Source: Adineta vaga
Lineage: Eukaryota > Animalia > Rotifera
Assembly: GCA_021613535.1 (NCBI GenBank)
Contig: CP075497.1
Span: forward strand, 248,001-312,000
Direction: 5' to 3'
DNA length: 64,000 bases
This document shows positions 39,589 through 52,303 of the stretch, one piece after another. The notes below the pieces were generated by a model. That model saw only the letters and a list, made by a program, of their open reading frames with translations. It ran no database searches and had not been told where the DNA came from. The position numbers and the translations under genes are program-made. How positions within the stretch are numbered: the stretch's first letter is position 1; each line of letters begins with the position of its first letter.

Positions 39589-39855
39589 TTAAGCAAATGT
39601 CCATTGAATTTCTTGAACTGACTTTCTTCCTCCTGTCGGAATGTGTGCCATCATTTCTTGATTAAGTGAATTAGAATCGATGCCTGATCCACGATGAATA
39701 CAGAGATAAAGGATATGGCCTGAATAAAAGCTTACGGGTTTGATTTCGAAATTATAACGATGCAGAATGGCTAGAAGTGTTGTAATTGTTTGTGTTGCAG
39801 CTCCAACACCCGCGCAGGTCAATTGACAAATGCTACTTGTATTCGTTTGAGCCAT
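39589..39855 (-). CDS. Small 88-aa intronless protein of unknown function
   Basis: ATG-initiated ORF, higher GC than its flanks, globular composition. Confidence 0.45.
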   Translation of the reverse strand: MAQTNTSSICQLTCAGVGAATQTITTLLAILHRYNFEIKPVSFYSGHILYLCIHRGSGIDSNSLNQEMMAHIPTGGRKSVQEIQWTFA

Positions 39856-40460
39856 GTATGTAGAAACAGTACGACAAAAGAAATGTTTGATGCAGTAGAA
39901 GTTGTGTATTTGCTAAATATTTATCAAAGTGAAATGATAAGAACATGTAATCACATAAATATACGATATAAAGAAAAAAATTTTGTCAATTATATTATAT
40001 TGAATTGTAAAAACAAAATGTCGACAACAAAAAATATCTAAATGTGGGTGAAACATATATTCATCACACCCACATTAATCCTCCATGTTCACCTTCAACA
40101 TACTGGAAGAAATGTTTCACTCTTTAATTTATCGTAAAACGCGTTGCATTTTAATTTAATGTAAAGATAGAAAAAAAAAGAATAGAACGCAAAACATATG
40201 AGTCATTGTGTGAGTATATATACTATATAAAGTCATAGAGAAAGAAGCAAATAAATTTCATCGTTTTCAACTTTCTCTATTATTGCACAATTTTTTGTAA
40301 TTTATTATAAATATCTCTTTTTACCTATAAAAGTTCAAACTGTGTTTGAGCTAAATCTATCTACACAAAAATGAAATTTTCATAGACACATTCGCCTATA
40401 TAATTACGTCTTTATCTGTAACATTTTTTTTTGAATTTTTAGAAAAATTTCAATATTAAG

Positions 40461-41072
40461 ATGAAAAGAAAAGTATGTGATGATAAAGAAGTCGAATACG
40501 ATGTAAACACTAAAAATGATAATATCAATAAGAAAAAAATATGTACAAATGAAATAGATGGATTACAACTTATTCAAAATTTTATTGATAAAGAACAACA
40601 AAAGTTACTATGGTCGAAGATATATAAAGAAAATTGGAGTAAAGAAATAACTCGAGATACTTTACATTATGGTCAACGATATGATTATAAAACAAGAACA
40701 TTAGTAAATGATGTACAAGAAATACCTGAATGGTTGAATGATATTAAAAAAGAAGTTGAAATACAAGCAAATTTTGAAAGTCCAATTGATCAAATTATAA
40801 TTAACAAATATAAAAAAGGACAAAGCATTAGTCCACACATAGATCATAAAGTACTATTTGGTCCAACTATTGCAACTCTCTCATTGGGAACTGAAGTAAA
40901 TATTCTATTTCAACAGAAATCAACAAAAAAAAGTATCAATGCTTCAGAATGTAGTCTGTTAGTGATGAAAAGAGATAGTAGATATCAATGGAAACATTCT
41001 TTAAAATTATCTAATGTTGGCGAAAGAATTTCTATTACTTTTCGAACAATAAATAAATCTGTTAAAACATAA
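40461..41072 (+). CDS. AlkB-family 2OG-Fe(II) dioxygenase, intronless
   Basis: HYGQRYDY, DQIIINKY..GQSISPHID (HxD), SRYQWKH, RISITFR. Confidence 0.93.
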   Translation: MKRKVCDDKEVEYDVNTKNDNINKKKICTNEIDGLQLIQNFIDKEQQKLLWSKIYKENWSKEITRDTLHYGQRYDYKTRTLVNDVQEIPEWLNDIKKEVEIQANFESPIDQIIINKYKKGQSISPHIDHKVLFGPTIATLSLGTEVNILFQQKSTKKSINASECSLLVMKRDSRYQWKHSLKLSNVGERISITFRTINKSVKT

Positions 41073-41353
41073 ATTTTTCTTATTTTCTTTTTATGCTCTC
41101 ATAATAAATGATCGTTTATTGTTGCTTTGATGCCGTTTTCTTTTTACCTATCGCCTTAAATTCATATTTGGACATCGTTTTAGTTTGTTTTTCATTTTCA
41201 TAGAACACCTAAATGACTGATAAGACTGACAAAGTGTATTTATTTTTAAAGAAAAAGAAAACTTCAATCTCCAAAAGCAAATGTTTCATTTGAAATTGTA
41301 ACTGAGAAAAGGTTAGTAGAGAAAAATAAGATATTAATATCAATAATTAGTAA

Positions 41354-44300
41354 ATGGGATCTCTTTGTTCAAAAGTATCTGTTACACCATCACTAACCGT
41401 AGTGAATAATTCAATGCAAATAACAACCGATTATGAAACTATTCAAGTAACAAATGAATCAACAACAAATGAATTTATTCCATTCGATGATCGAACATCT
41501 CATATTAGTGGTAATTTTATTCTGATTTGGTTGAATTTAAATATTGATTCATCTAATTCTAATATTCAAACTTATATTCCTCGTCTTCGAACTATTATTA
41601 ATTCCATTAAAATATTTCATAATCTTGATGAATGTATTGATTTTATAACTGATCTTATCGATGAAAAAATCTTCCTTATCATATCTGGTAGAATAACTCA
41701 ACAATTCGCATCTATTCTTCATGAATTAATTGAAATTGATTCTATTTATCTATTTTCTAATGAAAATTCCTCTTATAGACAATGGATAGAACAATATCAA
41801 AAAATCAAAGGAATATTTAATGAAATTGATATAATTTGTAAGATATTACGTCGTAATGTTCGTTATTTAAATTATAATTTAACACCAATCAGTATTATTT
41901 CGTCATCTACTTCATTTAATCCAAATGAACTTGATCAATCATTTATGTATTCACAATTATTAAAAGAAATTATTCTTGATATGTCATATTCAGATTCAGA
42001 TGATATCAAAACAGAATTGATTTCTTTTGCTCGTTCTCAATATATAGGAAATGATGCACAAATGAGAATAATTGATGAATTTGAACAAGAATATAAACCT
42101 TCAACAGCTAGTTGGTGGTATACAAGAGATTGTTTTTTACATTGGATGTTAAATAAAGCATTACGAACACAAAATAATGAAATAATAATTAAAATGGGTT
42201 TCTTTCTTCGTGATCTTCATGATCAAATTCAACATTTATATTTAACAGAAAATAATAATAATAATATTGAAGTTGTTTTTCGTGGACAAGGTGTAACACA
42301 AGAAGAATTTAATAAGATAAAACAAAGTAAAGGAGGTCTGTTATCCTTTAATAATTTTCTTTCAACAAGTTTTGATTCGGAAGTTGGTTATCTTTATGCT
42401 GATAGTGCTCGACAAAATTGTCAATTAATTGGAATTTTATTTTATATAACAATTGATCGTTCAATATCATCAACTCCTTTTGCTTCTATTCAAGATTTGA
42501 GTTATTTTGGTAATGCAGAAAGTGAAATACTTTTTTCTATGCATACAGTTTTTCGAATTGTTGAAGTAACAGAAATTCAAGATCGATTATGGCAAGTTAA
42601 CTTAACATTGACAAGTGATAACGATGCACTCTTGACATGTATCATGGAATCTATACAAAAAACAATTTCAGGAAATACACCATTATATCGTTTGGGTACT
42701 TTGATGTGGTACATTGGACAGTATAACGAAGCAGAAGTTATTTATGAAAGATTATTAAAAACTGATACGAACCTTAATCATCGAGAAATCTATTATATAA
42801 TCTCTCGATTATGTTGTATGAATATTGTGAAGGGTGATTACGAAAAAGTATTCTCATATTTCGAGAATGTGTGTCAACAATGCAAAGAAATTGATCCTTC
42901 CCTTTATGACATGTTAAGTCCAATGTGGTCAAACTTTGACGTCGTAGATGATTCAAAAGAAAAAAATTTAGCATTAGGATATAAAATACTTGAAATGGAA
43001 GAGAATGCGTCATCATCCAATCCTCCCAAACTAGCCATTGCGTACTGTAGTTTTGGTACAAATCTTCAATCCATGGGAGAATATTCGACAGCACTTTCTT
43101 TCTACGAAAAATCACTTGAAATTTTTCAAAAATATCTTCCAATCAATCATCCATCGCTAAGTATCATTTACAATAATATTGGTTCAATATATCACAAAGT
43201 TGAAGAATATTTAAGAGCACTTTCATATTACCAAAAGACAATTCAAATAGCACAAAGATCTCGCCCATCTGATCATCCTGATTGGGTTGTTTTCTATCAT
43301 AACATAGCACAATTGTATGATACAACAGGAAAACATTCCATGGCCCTTATCTACTATGAAAAAGAACTAAAAATTCATGAGAAAACGTTTCCATCCAATG
43401 CTCCTAAAGTGATCAATGCATATCGCAAAATCGGTTCTGTATATTACAATATGGAAGCATATTCTAGAGCAATATTATCTTTCAGCAAAGGACTTGAAAT
43501 AGCCCAGAAATTTCTATCACTTACTGATGCAATTGTGGGTACAATTTATAATGAAATGGGTTTAACATATCAAACTATAAAACAGTATCCAACAGCACTT
43601 TCATATTATGAAAAAGCACTCGAAATTTTGCAAAAATTATTATCATCAGATCATAACGATCTAGTTACTATCTATAGCAACATTGCTACAGTATATCAAA
43701 CTATGGAACAATACTCAACTTCACTTCTATACTATGAAAAGGCACTTGAAATTATGCATAAAGTACTTGTACCAAATCATATTGGACTAACTACTCTATA
43801 TAACAATATCGCTTTAGTGTATCAAGTCATGAAAAGATATTCAACTGCATTTTTATATTATGAAAAGACACTTGAAATCTGTCAGAAAACTCTTCCATCT
43901 AGTTATTCTGTCCTGTTTGTCACATACATCAATGTAGGTTTACTTCATATGAATACAGGAAAATATTCTCTAGCTCAATCATGTTTTAAAAATGGACTTG
44001 AAGTTGCACAAAATTCATTGTCACCAACTGATCCTAATCTAGCTATGATTTATCTTAATAATGGTGCCATGTTTCTCTTTATGAAACAGTATTCAACAGC
44101 ACTATCATACTGTGAAAGAGCACTTGAAATTTGTCAAAATTCTCGTTCATCTAATTATCCATTCTTACAAGAGATCTATGCGATCATGGGCATCTTATAT
44201 TATTTATCAGGAGAATATTCAAAATCACGTTTATATTTCGCAAAAACGATCGAAATGCATCATCTATCTATTTCTTCAAATCATCCATCGAGACATATCA

Positions 44301-44524
44301 ATTCTCAAGAATTAGTAGACAACTTTCAAGTATTACTTTCATTCAATAAACTACAAACATCGATTGGCAAGTTTTTAATTCGAACAAGTCTCTCGATTAT
44401 GAAAAACACCTACACTTTATCTAGTTTTATGCAGCCTCGAATCAATAGTTCAGCTATTCAAATAAATACCAAAATCAACGCTCCCATTCCTATTTCAATG
44501 CATCAGAGAGAATTAATTATATGA
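41354..44524 (+). CDS. Receiver-like plus R-S-E ADP-ribosyltransferase plus TPR-array protein, intronless
   Basis: MGSLCS N-terminus, VFRGQG, FLSTS, AESEILF, then about ten 42-aa TPR units (YSTALSFYEKSLEI). Confidence 0.92.
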   Translation: MGSLCSKVSVTPSLTVVNNSMQITTDYETIQVTNESTTNEFIPFDDRTSHISGNFILIWLNLNIDSSNSNIQTYIPRLRTIINSIKIFHNLDECIDFITDLIDEKIFLIISGRITQQFASILHELIEIDSIYLFSNENSSYRQWIEQYQKIKGIFNEIDIICKILRRNVRYLNYNLTPISIISSSTSFNPNELDQSFMYSQLLKEIILDMSYSDSDDIKTELISFARSQYIGNDAQMRIIDEFEQEYKPSTASWWYTRDCFLHWMLNKALRTQNNEIIIKMGFFLRDLHDQIQHLYLTENNNNNIEVVFRGQGVTQEEFNKIKQSKGGLLSFNNFLSTSFDSEVGYLYADSARQNCQLIGILFYITIDRSISSTPFASIQDLSYFGNAESEILFSMHTVFRIVEVTEIQDRLWQVNLTLTSDNDALLTCIMESIQKTISGNTPLYRLGTLMWYIGQYNEAEVIYERLLKTDTNLNHREIYYIISRLCCMNIVKGDYEKVFSYFENVCQQCKEIDPSLYDMLSPMWSNFDVVDDSKEKNLALGYKILEMEENASSSNPPKLAIAYCSFGTNLQSMGEYSTALSFYEKSLEIFQKYLPINHPSLSIIYNNIGSIYHKVEEYLRALSYYQKTIQIAQRSRPSDHPDWVVFYHNIAQLYDTTGKHSMALIYYEKELKIHEKTFPSNAPKVINAYRKIGSVYYNMEAYSRAILSFSKGLEIAQKFLSLTDAIVGTIYNEMGLTYQTIKQYPTALSYYEKALEILQKLLSSDHNDLVTIYSNIATVYQTMEQYSTSLLYYEKALEIMHKVLVPNHIGLTTLYNNIALVYQVMKRYSTAFLYYEKTLEICQKTLPSSYSVLFVTYINVGLLHMNTGKYSLAQSCFKNGLEVAQNSLSPTDPNLAMIYLNNGAMFLFMKQYSTALSYCERALEICQNSRSSNYPFLQEIYAIMGILYYLSGEYSKSRLYFAKTIEMHHLSISSNHPSRHINSQELVDNFQVLLSFNKLQTSIGKFLIRTSLSIMKNTYTLSSFMQPRINSSAIQINTKINAPIPISMHQRELII

Positions 44525-45170
44525 TGAAAATTTTACTTATATTAAATTCCATACTCTCATCCTCATAGCTGTTATAACAGAAAACATTATTTTTCTATAA
44601 TAATTACCAAATAAAAGAAAAAAAAAACATTCACGAATGTTAATTTATACATAATCAAATTAACAAAATCTTGAGGATGTAGTATATTTATTCATAATGC
44701 CACCCATACCCATATTCTCACTAACAATTAAAAAATTATAACGTTCGAATAGTCTTTATTTCATTACCTATTGAAATGACTGCTTTGTATTGATGAAAGA
44801 TGATCTTTAAAACAGAAAAGTGCATTTACACATTCACATGCTATATTTCAGATTTCAAACTTTTCTTTGAAAATTGTTCTATATAAATATTACTATAAAG
44901 TCATCTGGTGCATTTCTTTGAGTATGAGTCGAAATTTAGTGTGGATTTTTTTCCACAAACAGAACTTGTTGCTATTTCGTTCTTTGCAAACATATTTGAA
45001 TTATATGTTATTTTTTCTCTTCTTTTAATGTTGTTTAGAATAAAGTTATGAAAAGAATCAAGAAAAAAATCCCACTTTAATTGTTCTATTCTCTATTTCG
45101 CTCCCACAGTGGTGTCTTTCTTTTTTCATATTTAAACATTTACAATCATATTGTTTATTATAGATTTCAA

Positions 45171-46436
45171 ATGGTTTGGGATTACCGGTTTTGGATTATA
45201 TGCAGTGTTAGCATTAGTGTTGGCATTTTTCTTTTAACACTTATCATCTTATTAATTCTACTAGTGGAAAACAAAAGCATATTTTATGCTCTTGTCAGCC
45301 AACTTCTTAATATAGAACGTTGCTTCATTGATGCCCATCATAACATCATTTCCAAAAATGACAAACTTCATGTTTCTCCAGAGATGATTCAAGGCATGGT
45401 ATTGTCTGCAGCTTCACAATACTTAATGCCTACTCCAGATGTGTCCGATAGAAACCGTAATAGTCCAGATTCACAAATATCAGACAAAAAAAACGATCAG
45501 ACCAATGCTGTTGAAAATGCGAGCAGAAAAACATCGTTAGAAATGGAAGAAAAAGCATTTGAAATGCCTGAATCAGACTCTGAACACGTACGAGAAGTAC
45601 TGAATATTTATGGAAGATATATTTCTTTACACAAAAAAGAGACCTTATTTTTCTTAATAACCTTAACAACGATTATTATTTCTGGTGCTCTTATAGCTGC
45701 TTTCAACTCTCTTTTCTTAGCAACATCAAGTGTTTATCGAGATGGTCCATGTCCATCCATTGGTCCAATGGACTGTTTTTGTGGTGCCAATCATACATAT
45801 TTTTCATGTGATACGGGAGAAATTGCTGCTTTTCCATTCGATGTTCATTCTGGAGCATGTTTTCGTTGGATTGCTCGTGATATAACAACATCAGATGTTA
45901 CAACGCAACTTGGTGTTACAACAGGATTATTGGTTGCTTTCGGTAGTATCGCTCAAGCCATCATACGTATCTATCTGCTTGCATTTAACAAACGTTTGAG
46001 TATTGCTACTGGCATACATCGTATAGCTGCTAAGACAATTGGTATTAATAGAGATACTGCTCGAACTAGATTTTGTTGTTGTAATTTATGTTGGCATTGT
46101 AGTGCGTGTAATTTAAGTCTTTTCAAACATCCTTCAGCAGTAATAATAGTAACGGGAATTTATATTGCAACACCGATTTTAATGGTACCAGGTGTTATTT
46201 TACTGTACTATTATGAAATAAGCGTAACGTCATTAACGTTCGTTGTTCTCGTTGTTATAGCAACACTTTGCGTGCTATCAATAGTATGGATAATGACGCA
46301 GGAGAGTGAATCAAGTTCTAACATTCCAGGTGGATGGACAGACGCAAAAAACCTTTTACAAAATGCTACTATGAACTCTAAAAATATAGCCAACGGAAAA
46401 GTATCATCTGGCAAAGGATTCTCCATTCCTGTTTGA
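45171..46436 (+). CDS. Multi-pass membrane protein of unknown function
   Basis: Long ATG-initiated ORF with about 5 hydrophobic helices and Cys-rich loops. Confidence 0.7.
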   Translation: MVWDYRFWIICSVSISVGIFLLTLIILLILLVENKSIFYALVSQLLNIERCFIDAHHNIISKNDKLHVSPEMIQGMVLSAASQYLMPTPDVSDRNRNSPDSQISDKKNDQTNAVENASRKTSLEMEEKAFEMPESDSEHVREVLNIYGRYISLHKKETLFFLITLTTIIISGALIAAFNSLFLATSSVYRDGPCPSIGPMDCFCGANHTYFSCDTGEIAAFPFDVHSGACFRWIARDITTSDVTTQLGVTTGLLVAFGSIAQAIIRIYLLAFNKRLSIATGIHRIAAKTIGINRDTARTRFCCCNLCWHCSACNLSLFKHPSAVIIVTGIYIATPILMVPGVILLYYYEISVTSLTFVVLVVIATLCVLSIVWIMTQESESSSNIPGGWTDAKNLLQNATMNSKNIANGKVSSGKGFSIPV

Positions 46437-46520
46437 AACTTTTCTTTGTTTATCACTTTTTAATCCTTTATATGTCCTTTTAAAATACCTTTTTTTAAAT
46501 CTGTATTGTTTTTTCTAGAT

Positions 46521-47755
46521 ATGGGTAATAAAAAATCTACAATAAAGTTAAAAAAAGATTGTAAGTAATTTAAAAAGTATATTATAACTATATTTTATGT
46601 TTTATTTTATATATTTTTAGTAATTCAGAAGTATCAAACGATAACTAAACTTTCAGAAGATGGTAAGTTCTTTATTTTTATTTATTTATACCTATTTACT
46701 AAACTTGTTTTGTAGAAATACAAGAATGGTATCAGGTTAGTTGAAATCTGATCGTTTTTCAGGTTTTCATATGCATTTCTCAATGATAGGAGTTCTATAA
46801 AGAATGTCCCGATGGAAAATTAACTAAAACAAAATTTCGACGTATTTTTATAAAATATTTTCGTCGACGTCATGCAAAATCGTTTTGCGAGTATAAACTA
46901 ATTGCATAATATCTTAAATTACAAATCTATTTAATCATTTTTAGTGCTATTTTTAATCTGTATGATCGAGACACGGATGGTTCAATAGATTTCGAAGAAT
47001 TTCTCATCGCTCTTTCTCCTCCGAGTCAATTGAACATCAAAGATCATATTGGTCTCCTGTTTGACGTGTAAATTAATTATAAATTTCGATATAATATATC
47101 ATTTCTTCTTCTTTTTTCAAAGGTACGATAAATCGAGAGATCAACAACTCAATAGAAAAGAATTGAGAAGAATGATCCGTATTATGGTATTTTCCTAATG
47201 AATATCGTCAGATAAAATGTGATTTTATTTTTCTACTATTTTAGTATAATCTTGTCGATGCAGCTGAACCTTATGATGTAGAAACAGTGAGAGAGATTGT
47301 TGAAGAAATAATAAAAGAATCAGAAAAGAACCAAGGACTTAATCGAGATCAAATAATTGATAGGTATAATTCAATTCAATTCTTTTTTATTCAAAATTGT
47401 ATTTTAAATGATTTTAAGATGCTGCAATCATCCTGATATTCGACAGTTGCTTGCTCCTAATATGATCGATGATAGCGAGAATGAAAAGAAAAAGAATGAT
47501 ACATCTTCGACAAATACTCCATGTGAAGAACAAATTCCGAATAGAGTCAGTGCTTTACAGAAATATGCGAATATAAATCCAATCAATCCAAAACAGGAAA
47601 GAAATATAATCAAATCAAACAATATTGTACAGCCTCTTTCTGTTCTTCATTTATTAACCAATCAGAAACAAACACCTGTTTTTACTCAATATAAAACTGT
47701 GAACAAAAGATCATTTCATACTGGACAAGAACAAAAAACAAAATCTTTCAAATGA
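46521..47755 (+). CDS. Neuronal calcium sensor/recoverin-like EF-hand protein with C-terminal extension
   Basis: About 8 exons. MGNKKS myristoylation motif, IQEWYQEFYKECPDG, FNLYDRDTDGSIDFEEF, YDKSRDQQLNRKE. Confidence 0.85.
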
Positions 47756-49206
47756 CCTAAGTTTTTTTGTATTTCTATAAAAAAAAAAGAAAGAAAACGA
47801 TCTAATAAATAATTTGATATGAACATTAATTAAACAATTGATTTGAAATTATTTAATTAATGAACAAAATATAATAATAATTATAAACATTTCTTTAATT
47901 TCATAGATTTGTTCAAAACAAACTTTTGCTATTTGAATTCCGAGAAGATTCTTGTTAATTTATCTGATGTAACAGATCTTATGAAGATGAAAATTTTAAT
48001 GAATTAACTTGTGATAATAAATATTTAAATATTAATTCTTAAAACATTTCTGATGATTTATTAATCAAAATAATTTATTGAAATTTTGACAATTGTTTAT
48101 CATCTGTATTATATTATTGTTTTCTAAATAAAATAAATTCAATTATTTATATTTACTTATATGAATTAATAAAATAAATAATATTTCATTATAATTTACA
48201 ATTATTTATTGTTGTTCAAAGTAAAATCTTTTAAATCATATTCATTTTTAATATTTAAGAAAAATAAACGAAGTAAATCGATTAATTTAAAAAGAATTAA
48301 ATATATTGTATTTGATTTAATATAACGTAAAAGAAATTTCCTTATTATTAATTTATATACATAAATTTATTCAATAGATTTCATTTTTATTTAGAAGAAA
48401 TACTTTTTCTTTATATATATATAGAAATAGAAAGTGAAAGTTCTCGATAAATTATAGACTATTTCTTATCATATGATTTGATAAATATATTTTATCGATA
48501 TTCTTTCCTTCATAATGACTATTTGAAAACTATTCAATTAACTTTAAATATGATTTTATTTTATACTTTTCTTTAGGAAAATAATTATTTCTCTTCAGTT
48601 TAATCCGGTTTTTTTGAATGATGATCTTTAGTCGAATCTTATATTAAAATATTCTAAGTCATTTGGAACAGCATTTATGTCTATATTATTAAGTTAATAA
48701 TAATGTAAAATAATATTTTTTTTTTGTATTCAAGTTTAAACATATGGAGTGATAGATATGAATCAGTTAAATTTTTATTTGTAGTATTATGTCAATTATG
48801 TTTGTGAATGAAAAAAGAAATTCTATAATACATTGTCACATACTCATTAAATTTCATAACGTCTCGTTAACAATAATAATATCTCATAGTCTAATCGTCC
48901 GTTGAGGCCAGTTGCGGTTATTATTATAGTACGTTCCACATGGAAGAGAGTTCTTTTATCTTTTCTTTTTACGGACGGCGATATCTGCATCCTCTTCTAT
49001 CCAACGTACCAACTAAACATTTAGTCAGTACGAATGTGTCATGTTTTTAGACAACGCAGCCGGTACTGACTTGTTTAGGATTGAGGATGAGTGTTGTTGA
49101 GAGACTCTTTGTTTCGCACTCACCCACACCCTCAAGATGAAATTAAAATTATTTTGATAAGTTGAATTTATTTGAAAGAAAAGAATACATCCTTTTTCTT
49201 TAATTA

Positions 49207-49800
49207 TTAATATAAAATAAAAGAAATATTATCGATTGCACCGTTATTATACGTGATAACTGTACGTGTAAACTTAAAAATAATTTGAAAAGAACGAGTT
49301 CCAATTGGTATACGTCCATTTATTTGTCGAAAAAGAAGTGAAGTTATATTAGTACGATGTGAAGCTAATACTGGTCCAATAAAAGTAATATTTCCAATTA
49401 TTTGATGAAATTCAAGGAAAAACATCAATGAAACTTGCCCACTATTATTTTGATTATCACTACCACCAATCCAAGCTGACAAATTAAACCAAACTGTTTG
49501 ATTATCAATCAAAGAATGAAAAAAATTTGTAAAATTTCTTTTTCGTCACATTTTTGTCATGAGACTAGTGTGAGCATAGAAATGACAACTATACCACGAT
49601 CGCTATACAAAGAAAGAGACACAAAAATGAAATCAACTTTGAAGTTTTTTTTTCTTTCTTACTTTGGTCCAAAACTTGTTAATTCTTGAGTTATTATTCC
49701 ATTATATTCTCAATTAGTTGGACTTACAATATTATCATCTGATGTACATGAAACAATTTCTACATCACCATTAATTATCCAATATGAAAAAATAAAATTT
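49207..49800 (-). pseudogene. Decayed extracellular beta-sandwich domain gene
   Basis: IDNQTVWFNLSAWIGG..IPIGTRS..NNGAIDNISF; upstream frames are broken. Confidence 0.45.
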
Positions 49801-52303
49801 GATATTTATTCATTTGTAATACTTACAAGCTGATAATTGTTTTATATCAATTACACTCAGAGTAAAAATATTTGTTTCGTTTATCATCTAACCATATTAT
49901 CTGATAATATCAATAAAGATTTCACATTGATTAATTAATTCATTAAAAATAGCTATTCGACAATTTATATTATTCAAACAAAATATTTGACAAATTTTGA
50001 AATTTGATGAAGAATTAATTGTAAGTGGTGAACATTGTGGATCAACACATTGATATCGTATATTATTCATAAATAAGAAATGAATTGTACGTAGATTTTG
50101 TGATAATCATTGATTAAAAACAATTGAAAGAAATAAGAAAATTATCTTTAGTAACAAAAAACAAAAAGAAATATTTGAAAAGAAAAGAAAAAAGAAATTA
50201 ATAAATACTTTATGGAATGGACTTTAAAGTAAAAACTATTATCAAAGAACTTTAAAGTGATTTAATATATCAAAAAATAAAATTAACGTACATTATCAAT
50301 TATTTCATAGTTCTTCAACTAAACATACATTACAGAAATAAAAATGAACTTATCGAACGAATTAAGATACTCTAATTCAAACATTAGAATACAATGAAAC
50401 TCCGAACGATGATATCGAAGACAACTGAGATTGAATAGATATTATAAAGTCTTTAATCTGAACATCATTCGAATAAAATTGATTTGAGTAATAGTTTTAG
50501 TTCGAGTGATGAACGAAGGTAGCCATATTTACATATTAATCACATAGACTTATCCAAATCCTCAAGAATATGTAGGATAGTAAGATGAATTAAACTATAG
50601 GTATAATGTTGAGCACAGTCCATAGAAAATATTTATCGAAACAAGAGCATAACCGAGATTTAAGTGTTGAATAGATGCGAGTGTGAATGATATTTGTATT
50701 TTTGAAATATTTTCATGTTCTATGACAGTATGATGATAGTTACCTCCACATAACTCTAGAATTTGAACATTAATCTAGTTATATGATTGTAAGCGGTTGT
50801 CTTCCACCGAAAAATTAATGTTTTCATTTCTTAAAATATTAATGATTATCTTTATGATTCAAGTCTTTTCTTAAACTTCGATTTTCATTACAACTTAATA
50901 CTTTAAAATTCAATATTCGATGTTTGATATAATATCCGTAATCAAATGACGATGGAATATTGTTGTCAATAGACGAAAGTAATGCCTTTTTTAGGTGTAT
51001 AAAGTAGTATTGTTGGAAGTACATAAACACTACTCAATCAACTATTGATAATAAAATTAATTGATCTTTGTTAAAATTAAACTGAAAATATGATGAACTT
51101 GTTCTTATAGACATAAAACACTAGTATTGCTCGGTTTTGTAGAGATAAATTTTAGTTAGGCTAAAAATTCATCTGAGCTAAGCGCGTCAATGAGCAAAAA
51201 TGATATTAATACATTCATAATCACATTGAAACTCCTTGAGTAGATAGACTCACCGTAAATAAAACCTTCTTCAGTTCCACTGAGAACAACACACCGTCGT
51301 TTATCTTCGACCCAGAAGACGCTGCGAAATGATTCGATAATATTAATGATCAAACCATACAGACTATATATTTTTAATTTGAATTGAGAGTTATCAAGAT
51401 TGAGCAGGTATTTAATGAAACATTTTTCCATTGATTTCCGTCAGTCACTTTTTCACTGACATCTAATTTGAGATTTAAATATTTCAATTGAGTCAGACGA
51501 GTTAAATGATAGTTGACTTATAAGAAGTTGATTATACATTAAAATTTATTTGTTTTTATCTGTTATGAAAAAAAGGAACATAAAGAAGTCTTGTTTGATA
51601 GTAATTAGATAACTATGTAAGATTCGTGAGTGGATTTTCACAAACAAATGTCTTTCGTAACTTAAGATATACATGTGTATGTCATATTTCTAATGGGAGA
51701 AGCTTTTTTTTATCAATATGTGTTTTTCTTTTTAGTAAAATGTCAGAACTTCAAATATAAATTATCAATTTCTTGTCGACACAACGTTCTGTTGATATTT
51801 TCATTCTTTCTCATATATATTTGTGTCAATATACCACTTTTTCTACACAAACTTCTACATATCCATGAAGATGAAAAGAAATTCAAAAAGTATGGAATAA
51901 AACATATGATGTCATAGTAGGACATTGAGTTAGCTTCTCGTTTATTATATTAAAAATATGTGTTATCAACATTTTTCAACAAACAAAAGAAACAAAATGG
52001 TATGAAAGAAATCAATTATTGACTAATTGTATATGATCAATAGTAATCAGTATCGTTTTACAAACACTTATTTAAATACTCTCTAAAATTCAATCAATGT
52101 CAATTCAGTTTATTTTCAAAACAAGAAAGAAACTACACAAAATCTGTGTATTTACATATAAAGAAAGAATGTTATTGCAGATAACATATTTGAGATAAGA
52201 TATTTTCAAAAAAGATATGTAATAGAAAAGAAAGCGAGAAAAAAGTGCTCGCTCATCAGCAACGAATCAACCATTTTAAACAAATATATTGATTAGTAAA
52301 GAA

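Noticed and set aside
42774-46456. Antisense and alternate-frame ORFs overlapping long genes
   Set aside because: Shadow ORFs of well-supported genes, with no motifs.
50300-51431. Decayed LRR/F-box-like gene
   Set aside because: Fragments are too degraded to support a family call.
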